The translations under genes and the position numbers were made by a program. From Candidatus Multivoradales bacterium (lineage in GTDB: Bacteria > Acidobacteriota > Thermoanaerobaculia > Multivoradales > J023), in the NCBI GenBank assembly GCA_965248925.1, contig CBDFLE010000005.1:2272001-2336000 (forward strand): 64,000 nt of DNA, in the 5' to 3' direction. Every line of letters starts with the position of its first letter. The first letter of the stretch is position 1. A model generated the notes under the pieces. It worked only from the letters and a program-made list of their open reading frames with translations. It was not told where the DNA came from and made no database searches. Below are positions 1 through 9,200 of this stretch, one piece after another.

Positions 1-3000
1 GGGACCGACTCCGCCGCCGCTCGTGGGGCGGCCACTGGTGCTTTCTCCCGCAGCGCACGATGATCGAGCTTGCCATTGGGCAATCTAGGCAAGGACTGCA
101 GCTGTAAGCAGGCCGCCGGCACCATGTATCGCGGCAGGCGCTCACTGACAAAGCGCCGTAGCTGGTCGGCTTGAATTCCGTCGCCGGTCGCCACCCAGGC
201 CACCAGGCGAGCGGCGACACCCTCTCCACGGACCACCACCACGGCCTCACTCACCCCTGGATGTTGCCCCAGGCAAGCTTCGATATCGCCCAGCTCGACG
301 CGATAGCCGCGCAACTTCACTTGCCGATCACCGCGGCCCAAGAAGTCCAGCTTGCCATCGGTCCGCCAACGGGCCAGATCACCGGTGCGGTAGAGCCTCG
401 CCCCAGGACACCCGGCCAATGGATCGGGGACGAAACGCTCGGCACTCAAGGCCGGCGCAGCGAAGTAGCCTCGGCTCACGCCGTCACCGCCGATGTAGAG
501 CTCCGCGGCGACGCCGATCGGCACTGGCGCCAAGTCCGAGTTGAGCAACCGCAGGGTGGTGTTATCGATAGCTCGCCCGATCGGCAGGCTGCCGGAAACC
601 TCCTCGACCCGCTCGATGCTCGACCAGACGGTGGTCTCGGTGGGGCCGTAGAGGTTCCACAACGCCTTCACCCGCGGCCGCAATCGGCGGGCCAGATCCG
701 GCGGCAGAACCTCACCACCGCACAGCGCCAGCAGCCCCGGTGTTCCTTCCCAACCCGACTCCAGCAGTAGTCGCCAGGTGGCTGGAGTGGCCTGCAGGGC
801 GCTCACCTCACGCTGCCGCAGGAGGGTTTGCAGCCGCTCCCCAGCGGCCACATCCTGACCCCGCGCCAGCTCCAACCGGCCACCGACAATCAACGGCAGG
901 AACAGCTCCAGCACCGCGATGTCGAAAGACAATGTGGTCACCGCCAACAAGGTGTCGCCAGCCCCAAGACCCGGCCGCTGGGCCATCGAGGCAAGGAAAT
1001 TGCTCACCGCTTGATGCGGTACCTGGACTCCTTTGGGGCGACCGGTCGAACCCGAAGTGTAGACCACGTAGGCCAGACTCTGCGCCAGCTTGGGCGGCAC
1101 CGGGCGGCACCCAACGGCCGCCTTCAGCGGTGCCTCGTCGATCACCCAGCGGGCAATGCCGGATGCTGGAAGTCGCTCTGCGCTGGCCCGCTCGGTCACC
1201 AGCAGACAAACGCCAGAATCCTCGACGATCTGCGCCAGCCGATGGGCCGGGAAGCCCGGATCGAGCGGCACGTAGGCCGCCCCGCTGTCGAGAATCGCCC
1301 ACAGGGCGGCGATCATCTCCAGCGACCGCTCGACGCACAATCCCACCCGAGTCCCCGGTCCGACACCGCGCCGTTGGAGTTCGCCAAGCAGCACCCTCGC
1401 TCGCTCCTGGAGCTCGCCGTAGGTCAGCCGCTGACCCGCGCAGCTCACCGCGACCGCCGCCGGAGTGCGCTCCGCCTGCGCCGCCAGCAAGTCGGGTAAG
1501 GAAACGAACTGGGCCGCCGCGCGAGCCCGGTCGTTCCACTCCACGACCACCTGATGGCGCTCCGCCGAACTCAGCAGCAAATCACCATGGGAGCTCTCGG
1601 GAGCCCGCGAAAGCCGCGTCAAAATGCGTCCGTAGAGCCCGCCCATGGCCCGCATTTGCAGCGCTGAGAAGCGTGCCGGGTCGTAGTCGAGCTCGCAGCC
1701 AACCCTGCCATCGAGCAGGCCGACACCGCCCAGCACCTGCAGATCGAGGTCGGTCGGTTCGATGCGCTCGAAACCCAGGACCTCCATCCGGCCCGAGGAC
1801 ATCAGCTGATCGACGGCATGAAAATGTAGGTAGTTGAAGGCCGCCGTGAACATCGGTCCGTCTCCCCAGCGGCGCTGGACCTCGCCGAAGGGAAAGCGCC
1901 GATGCTCGAGCAGCCGCCGCTCACCGGCGAACACCTGGCGCAGCAGATCGAGCCAGCTGCCGTCGGCCAACCGCAAGCGTAGCGGCAGAGTGTTCAAGAA
2001 CAGTCCGCGAAGCAGATCCGCCCCTGCGATCTCCGGTCGGCCGTGCAGCACCACGCCGGTCAGCAAGTCGGTCTGCCCCGACAACACTTGCAGCGCCTTC
2101 ATATGGGCCGTCAGCAGCACCGTCTTGAGCGGCGTGCCAGCGAGACCGGCGGTACGCCGCAAGCCCTCGGAAACCGCCTCGGAAATGGCGATCGACTGGA
2201 TCGAAACGGTCGCCGGCCGAGCACCGGATGGGTTGGGCCAACGGGGCAGCTCGAGCGCCTGCCAGCCGGCCAACATCTCCCCCCAGAAGCTCTCCGCCGC
2301 GGCCGAGCCGATGGCCAGCTGCTCGAGGTGGATGAAATCGCGATAGGTCACCGAGAGCGGCTTGGGTACTACCGGCGACGCGCCATCGAGCAGCTCGAAG
2401 TAGAGCTCGAAGATCTCCGCCAGGGTCGAGTGCAGACTCCAACCGTCGAAGATGGCGTGGTTCTCGGTCAGCGTCAGCTGGAAGGTCTCGGTAGTGCGCA
2501 GGTGGATGTGGAAGCGCAGCTGAGGCGCCTCGGTGAGGTCGAAGTGGCGGTGCTTCTCGACCTCCATCAAGACCATGATCCGGGCCTCCTGCTCGGCCGC
2601 CGGCAAGCCCCGCAGGTCGACCACCGCAACCTCTAGCTGGGCCTCACGATGTACTAGTTGCAGCGCTTCGCTGTAGCCGGTGAGATGGAACGAGGTCCGC
2701 ATCATCGGCTGCCGCGCCACCACCTGTGCCACTGCCCGCTGGAAGACCTCGGCCTCGAACCGAGCCCGCAAATGCCAGCTATCGACATTGTGGTACAGCG
2801 GATCTTCCGGCGTCAGCTGCATGTGGTAGAGCATGCCCGCCTGCAGCACACTCAGCGGATAGGCATCCTCCACCGTCGCTGGCAAGAGCGCACGATCGGC
2901 CGCCGAGATCAGGCTCAGCGGCGCCGTCCGCACGGTCGGCTCGGCCGCCGCCAAGGTGTCCGAGGACTCGGCCAGCGCCGTCGCCAGCGCGCTGATCGTC

Positions 3001-6000
3001 TGATGCTGGAAGAGGTCCGGCAAGGACAGCGAGATCCCTTGCTCGGCGGCTCGCGCCAGCACCCGCAAGCTCAAGATCGAGTCGCCGCCGAGAGCGAAGA
3101 AATTATCTTCCACGCTCACCCGTTCGACTCCCAGAACCTCTTGCCAAACCGCCACTAGAAGGTGCTCCGTCGGACGCTCAGGCGCGACGTAGGAGACGCT
3201 GCTCGGCAACCGTTCGCCGGCCTCCGGTGCCGGCAAGGCCCGCCGGTCGAGCTTGCCGTTGGCGGTCAGCGGCAGGGCCGCCAACTCGACGAACACCGCC
3301 GGCAGCATGTAGGCCGGCAGCCGCGCTTCGAGGTGGGCGCGCAGCTGCTCGGGCCCCAGCTCCCCCGCCACCGTGGCCGCGGCCGGCACCACGTAGGCCA
3401 CCAGGCGCGCTCCCTCCGCGTCGCCGTCGCGCCGCGCCACCACCGCCACCTCGGCCACCGCCCGATGCTCGCCCAGCACCGCTTCGATTTCCCCCAGCTC
3501 GATGCGAAAACCCCGCACCTTGACCTGCTGATCGAGCCGGCCGAGATACTCCACGCCACCATCCGCCAACCAGCGGCCGAGGTCCCCCGAGCGGTACAGC
3601 CGGTCGCCGGAACCGCCGCCGTAGGCATCCGGCACGAAACGCGCCGCGGTCAGGCCGGCACGCCCCAGGTAGCCCCGCGCCACGCCAGCGCCGCCAACCA
3701 CCAGCTCGCCGCCGACCCCGCGCGGCACCGGCTGACCCAGTACGTCCAACACGAACAGCCGCAGATCCGCCAGCGGCCTGCCGATGGCGCTGCCGAAGCC
3801 CGAGCGCACCTCTGCTTCCAGCAGCCGGTGGTAGGTCACATGCACCGTCGTCTCGGTGATGCCGTACATGTTCACCAAGGCCGGCGCAGCGTCACCGTGC
3901 CGATCCACCCAGGCCGACAGGGTCGAGGGATCGAGCGCCTCGCCACCGAACACCACCCAGCGCAAGGCCAGCTCGGTGGGCCGCGCCGACTCCGTCTGGA
4001 TCAGCTGGCGGAAGGCCGACGGGGTCTGATTGAGCACCGTCACCCCCTCGGCCGCCAGCAGCTCCAGGAAGCGCTCCGGCGAGCGGCTGACCCAATACGG
4101 CACCACCACCAACCGGCCACCATAGAGCAGGGCACCCCAGATCTCCCACACCGAAAAATCGAAGGCGTAGGAGTGGAAGAGGGTCCACACATCCGCCGCG
4201 CTGAAGTTGAACTCCGCCTCCGTCGAGCGCAGCAGCCGCAACACCTGGCCGTGGCTCACCACCACCCCCTTCGGCCGACCGGTCGAGCCCGAGGTGTAGA
4301 TCACGTAGGCCGCTTGCGCGGGATCGCCAGCCACCCACGGGGGCAATGGCTCGGCCAGCTCCGCTGGCGGCTCACCGGCCTCGATCTCCACCACCGTCCC
4401 TGCTGCCGCCGGCAGCTGGTCGCGCAGCGCGGCGCAAGTCACCCAAGCCGTCGCACCGCTGTCGGCGGCGATGAAGCGCAGCCGCTCGGCCGGCACCTCG
4501 GGATCCACCGGCACATAGGCCGCGGCGCAGCGCAGGGTCGCCAGGATCGCCACCACCAGCGTCGGATCGCGGGGCAGCAGCAGAGCTACGAAATCTCCCG
4601 GCCGAACCCCGAACGACCCCAGCCGGCCGGCCAACGACTCGGCGGCCGCGTGCAGCTCGGAGTAGGTCTGGGAGTGCCCTTCGCAGCTCAGCGCCAGCGC
4701 CTCGGGTCGGCTCGCGGACGCCGCCACGAAGGCCTCCCACAAGCCGCCGGTGAACTCGAAGTTCGCCCCGGCGCCGCTCCATTCCACCACCAGCTCCTGG
4801 TGCTCAGCGGCGCTCAGCAGGGCCAGCGAGGCGAGTTCGGCGTCCGGCGCTTCGACCACCGCGTGCAGCAGACGCTCGTAGTAGGCGAGGAAACGTTGCG
4901 CCGTGGCGGCGTCGAATAGGTCCGTGGCGTACTCGAGGCGCAACAACGAGTGGTCCTCACCTCGGGCCAGCGAGAAGACCAGGTCGAACTTCGCGGTCTC
5001 GGTCTGAACATCCCACCGTTCGACCCGCAGATCTGGTAGCTCAAAGCTCTCGACCCCGGCGTCTTCGAAGGCGAAGAGCACGTTGAACAGCGGTGTGCGG
5101 TCGACCCGGCGCTCGATCCCGAGGTGCTCGATCAACTGCTCGAACTGAATGTCCTGGTTCTCGAAGGCCTCCAGGGAACGCTCTCTGACTGCGGCAGCGA
5201 GCGACTGAAAGCTAGCTCCAGGGCCAAGCTCGGTGCGCAGCACAATAGTGTTGGCGAAGAAGCCGATCAACGACTCGAGCTGCGGTCGGGTACGGCCGGA
5301 GATCGGACAGCCGACCAGGATGTCCCGCTCGCCGCTCAACCGCGCCAACAAGCCCTTCAGCACCGCCAGGTGAAACATGAAACCGGTCAGGCCGAGGCGC
5401 CCCGCGAGCTGTTGACCGGCGGCGGTCAAGGCACCGCTCAGCCGGCGACCACACACCGCGCCACGCTGCGAGCGGCGGGCGGGTCGCGGCCGATCGAGCG
5501 GCAGCGGCAGGAGCTCCAAGGCACCCGCCAGCCGCCGCCGCCAGTACTCCTGCTGGTCGACCAGCGCACCCTCGCTCAACATCCGCCGTTGCCAGGCGGC
5601 GTAGTCGCCATACTGAATCGGCAGCTTCGGCAACCGTGGCGTCCGTTCTTCGATCCGCGCCGCGTAGGCCTCCGACAGCTCGCGCATCAGCAGATCGATC
5701 GACGAGGCCTCACCGATCAAGTGATGCATGGTCAGCAGCAGGACATGGGCTGCTGAATCGGTCTTTAGCAGCATGAAACGTAGCAGCGGGCCGCGGCTCA
5801 AGTCGAAAGGACGCCGCAGCTGCTCGGCAATCCGCTCGGTCGTCAGCCACTCGCGCGCCGCTACGCTGAGACCGCGCAGGTCGACCAGGGGTAGCTCGAT
5901 TTCGACCGTTTCTTCGACCCGCTGCCAAGGCAGTCCAGCGACCACTTCGACCCGCGAGCGCAGCACCTCATGGCGCGAGACCAGCAGGACAACGGCGGCG

Positions 6001-6263
6001 CGAAGAGCATCGACCCGCAGGCCCCCAGACCAGCGAAAGGCCTGGCTCAGGGTGTAGGCCAACGAGCCATCCTGCCACTGGTCGAGAAACCACACCCGCT
6101 GCTGAGCGAAGGATAGGGGCAGCTCGGCGCGCGACTCCAGTGGCTCGATCTTGGCGGCAGCTCCGGGCACCTCGCCGTCGTCGTCGTCGAGCAGCAAGTC
6201 GAGCAGCTCGAGCTGGTCGTCGAGCCGTTGCTCGTCCGCCGGATTCATCGCCCCGTCGGTCAT
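1..6263 (-). CDS. NRPS 2 (3'-truncated by window edge): C*-A(Thr)-T-C(dehydrating type)-A(Gly)-...
   Basis: Absent from the ORF track; translated by hand from ATG 6263, which overlaps the TGA of the upstream NRPS (ATGA). It reads MTDGAMNPADEQ...PLSFAQQRVWFL (C), MHHLIGEASS (5709-5726), YTSGSTGRPKG, FDFSVWEI/VLNQTPS/VVFGGE/NMYGITETTVHV (code DFWNVGMVHK, Thr-type), FFALGGDSILS (T), EDAYPLSVLQAGMLYH...TENHAIFDGWS (C), then FDIAVLEL/ALQATPA/ALCGGE/NLYGPTETTVWS (code DILQLGLVWK, Gly-type). The motifs at 5726 and 2465 are in frame with 6263. Confidence 0.93.
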   Translation of the reverse strand, partial: MTDGAMNPADEQRLDDQLELLDLLLDDDDGEVPGAAAKIEPLESRAELPLSFAQQRVWFLDQWQDGSLAYTLSQAFRWSGGLRVDALRAAVVLLVSRHEVLRSRVEVVAGLPWQRVEETVEIELPLVDLRGLSVAAREWLTTERIAEQLRRPFDLSRGPLLRFMLLKTDSAAHVLLLTMHHLIGEASSIDLLMRELSEAYAARIEERTPRLPKLPIQYGDYAAWQRRMLSEGALVDQQEYWRRRLAGALELLPLPLDRPRPARRSQRGAVCGRRLSGALTAAGQQLAGRLGLTGFMFHLAVLKGLLARLSGERDILVGCPISGRTRPQLESLIGFFANTIVLRTELGPGASFQSLAAAVRERSLEAFENQDIQFEQLIEHLGIERRVDRTPLFNVLFAFEDAGVESFELPDLRVERWDVQTETAKFDLVFSLARGEDHSLLRLEYATDLFDAATAQRFLAYYERLLHAVVEAPDAELASLALLSAAEHQELVVEWSGAGANFEFTGGLWEAFVAASASRPEALALSCEGHSQTYSELHAAAESLAGRLGSFGVRPGDFVALLLPRDPTLVVAILATLRCAAAYVPVDPEVPAERLRFIAADSGATAWVTCAALRDQLPAAAGTVVEIEAGEPPAELAEPLPPWVAGDPAQAAYVIYTSGSTGRPKGVVVSHGQVLRLLRSTEAEFNFSAADVWTLFHSYAFDFSVWEIWGALLYGGRLVVVPYWVSRSPERFLELLAAEGVTVLNQTPSAFRQLIQTESARPTELALRWVVFGGEALDPSTLSAWVDRHGDAAPALVNMYGITETTVHVTYHRLLEAEVRSGFGSAIGRPLADLRLFVLDVLGQPVPRGVGGELVVGGAGVARGYLGRAGLTAARFVPDAYGGGSGDRLYRSGDLGRWLADGGVEYLGRLDQQVKVRGFRIELGEIEAVLGEHRAVAEVAVVARRDGDAEGARLVAYVVPAAATVAGELGPEQLRAHLEARLPAYMLPAVFVELAALPLTANGKLDRRALPAPEAGERLPSSVSYVAPERPTEHLLVAVWQEVLGVERVSVEDNFFALGGDSILSLRVLARAAEQGISLSLPDLFQHQTISALATALAESSDTLAAAEPTVRTAPLSLISAADRALLPATVEDAYPLSVLQAGMLYHMQLTPEDPLYHNVDSWHLRARFEAEVFQRAVAQVVARQPMMRTSFHLTGYSEALQLVHREAQLEVAVVDLRGLPAAEQEARIMVLMEVEKHRHFDLTEAPQLRFHIHLRTTETFQLTLTENHAIFDGWSLHSTLAEIFELYFELLDGASPVVPKPLSVTYRDFIHLEQLAIGSAAAESFWGEMLAGWQALELPRWPNPSGARPATVSIQSIAISEAVSEGLRRTAGLAGTPLKTVLLTAHMKALQVLSGQTDLLTGVVLHGRPEIAGADLLRGLFLNTLPLRLRLADGSWLDLLRQVFAGERRLLEHRRFPFGEVQRRWGDGPMFTAAFNYLHFHAVDQLMSSGRMEVLGFERIEPTDLDLQVLGGVGLLDGRVGCELDYDPARFSALQMRAMGGLYGRILTRLSRAPESSHGDLLLSSAERHQVVVEWNDRARAAAQFVSLPDLLAAQAERTPAAVAVSCAGQRLTYGELQERARVLLGELQRRGVGPGTRVGLCVERSLEMIAALWAILDSGAAYVPLDPGFPAHRLAQIVEDSGVCLLVTERASAERLPASGIARWVIDEAPLKAAVGCRPVPPKLAQSLAYVVYTSGSTGRPKGVQVPHQAVSNFLASMAQRPGLGAGDTLLAVTTLSFDIAVLELFLPLIVGGRLELARGQDVAAGERLQTLLRQREVSALQATPATWRLLLESGWEGTPGLLALCGGEVLPPDLARRLRPRVKALWNLYGPTETTVWSSIERVEEVSGSLPIGRAIDNTTLRLLNSDLAPVPIGVAAELYIGGDGVSRGYFAAPALSAERFVPDPLAGCPGARLYRTGDLARWRTDGKLDFLGRGDRQVKLRGYRVELGDIEACLGQHPGVSEAVVVVRGEGVAARLVAWVATGDGIQADQLRRFVSERLPRYMVPAACLQLQSLPRLPNGKLDHRALREKAPVAAPRAAAESV

Positions 6264-9200
6264 ACCTTGCCTCGCCGCCGTTGGGCCAACTTGTCGGCCA
6301 ACTCGTCGGGTGACATCTGTTGAATCCGCAGCAGCAGCTCGGCCCGCTTCGCCAGCATGCCGGGGCGCCTCTCGTGATCCTCCAGCGCGCTGGCCAGCTG
6401 GGCGATGGTGGTGGCCTCGAACAGCTGTCGCAGGGGCAAATCGATCTTGAACGCTGAGCGCAGCTGGAAGATCAGCCGAGCGGCCAACAGGGAGTGTCCA
6501 CCAAGCTCGAAGAAATCGTCGTGGATGTCCAAATCGTCACGACCCAACAGCTCGCTCCAGATGCCTACCAGAGCTTCTTCCAACGCCGAGCGCGGTGCCA
6601 CCCGCAGGCGCTCGCCGGTGGTCTCAGCCAGCCGTGGCGCCGGCAATGCAGCACGGTCCAGCTTGCCGTTGGGAGTCCGTGGTAGCTGTTCGAGGTCGAC
6701 GAAGAGAGTCGGCACCATATGCTCCGGAAGCTCGCTCCGCAGATGGTTGCGCAAGTGCCCTGCATCCGCTAGCTGAGCTTCCGCGGCGGCCACCCAATAG
6801 GCGACCAGCTGGAGATCCGCGGTTGCCGATTCATGGGTCACCACCACCGCCTCTGCAACTCCGGGATGGCGATCGAGATGGCTTTCAATCTCACCCAGCT
6901 CGATCCGGTGTCCGCGCACCTTGACCTGCTGATCGACCCGCCCAAGGAACTCCAGCACCCCATCGCGGCGGCGGCGGGCCAGGTCGCCGGTGGCATACAT
7001 TCGCCGCCCTGCCCGCGAGGAGAAGGGATTGGGCACAAAGCAGTCGGCGGTCAGTGCCGGCCTTGCCAGATAACCCCGCACCACCCCCTGGCCGGCGATG
7101 AACAGCAGGCCAGGTATCCCCACCGGCTGCAGCTCGAGGCCGCCGCCGACGACGTGCAGCTCGGTGTTGGCGATCGGCCGGCCGATCGGCACGCTGCCGC
7201 CGCCGCGCTCCAGCCGCCAGGTCGAGGACCAGATGGTGGTCTCGGTCGGCCCGTACATGTTGTGAATCTCACCACCGCCGGCCAAGCTCTCAGCGAGCGA
7301 CGGCGGCAGAGCCTCGCCGCCGAGCAGCAGACAGTCGACCTCGGCCAGCTCCTGACGGACCTCGGGATCCAGGGCCAGCATGGTCGCCATCGACGGGGTG
7401 CATTGGAAGTGGGTGACCCGGTGGCGGCGGATCTGCTCGCCGATGCCGATCTCCGGTTGGCCGCCGAGCAGGGTCGCCCGACGCACTTCGCTCTGCACCT
7501 CGGCGAGTCTTGACAGACCGGCGAGAACCTGGTCCTCCGCAATACCGAAATCGATCAAGCAAGCCACTTCATCGACGCCGATCTGACTCAGCCGGGCGAC
7601 CATGTCGAAACAGCTCTGGCGAGTGCCCATCAAGCCGCTGGTGGCGAAGTAGCGCTCGAAGGAGAATTCCAACATGGCCTCCATGTCGGCTGCGGAAAGC
7701 TCGGTGTCCTGAAGATCCCAACCCAGGCTGACGGCGAGGTTCTTGACCAGCCCGGCCGAGCCGCGGAGATAGCTGTAGAAGGGCTGCCGCACGGTTTCCT
7801 TCGCCACCTCGAGGTCGTCGGCGACGAAGGCGTGCAACATCACCGAGACCTTGCCCGACTGTGGCTCGTGCCCGGCCTCTTGCCGCGCCTGGCGATAGAT
7901 CTGGATGTTGGCCGCCAGCTGGTCGATGTCTTGACCGAGCATGTGGGTCAGCAGATGGGCGCCGAGCTCGCCGCCACGGCGAAAAGTCTCGGGACTACCG
8001 GCGGCGGTCACCCAGATCGGCAGCTCGGGCTGCACTGGCGGCGGCAAGATGGAGATCTCGGCCTCGGCGCCAACTCCGTCCGTCATGGTGACTTTCTCAC
8101 CGCGCCACAGCCGGCGAATCGTCTCCAGGTTGCGGAACATCACGGCGTGACGATCTTGAAAGCTGTCCGGCGCCAGCACGAAGTCGTTGGCCACCCAGCC
8201 GGAGGCGATCGAGATGCCGACCCGGCCGCCGGAGATGTTGTCCACCACCGACCATTCCTCGGCCACTCGGACCGGGTTGTGCAATGGCAGCACCACGCTG
8301 CCAGCGCGGATCTGCACCCGTTCGGTGATGGCGGCGATCGCCGCACCGACCACCGAGGGGTTCGGATACAGACCACCAAAGTGGTGGAAATGACGCTCCG
8401 GGGTCCACACCGCGGCGAAGCCGAGACGATCGGCGATGCGCGCCCCCTCGAGCAACAGGCGGTAACGATCATGCTCCTGCTCCCCCAGGTCGCTGGCGAA
8501 GTAGAACAAGCTGAAGTCGATCTCGCGGCCGATCGTCCGCTCTGTGGATCCAGACCAAGCGGCGCGACTGGGCGCCGCCGGCTGCAACACCACCCGGTAG
8601 CCGCGGGTGAGGGGCCACAACAGCTCGAGCACCGAGATGTCGAACGAGATGCTGGTCACCGCCAACCAAGTTCCAGGCTGGTCGCGACCGACCTGCCGGT
8701 CCATGCCGACGAAGAAGTTGGCGACGCTGGCGTGATCGACCATCACCCCTTTGGGCCGACCGGTCGAGCCCGAGGTGTATATCACGTAGGCCAGTCGCTG
8801 CAGCGATTCATCCAGCGACGGCGGGTCCGAGCGCTGGCCGTCGATCAGCCACTGATCTCGTTCCGGGTCCACCACCACCCGGCGCGGATCCTCTAGGTCA
8901 CCGAGCTCACCGGCATCGGCGATCAGCAGGGTCACCGCTGCATCGTCGAGCAGATAGGCCAAGCGGCGGGGCGGGTAGGAGGGATCCAACGGCAAGTAAG
9001 CAGCACCGGCCTTCAGCACCGCCAGCATGGCCACCACCATCTGCGGCGTGCGTCGCAAGTGGATTCCGACCAGGCTCTCCGGCCCAGCGCCCAGTGAGAT
9101 CAAGTAGTGGGCCAGGCGATTGGCGCGCGCCTCGAGCTCGCCGTAAGTGATCTGTTGGTCGGCGAAGGTTAACGCCACCCGCCAGCGCTGGCGAGCAACC

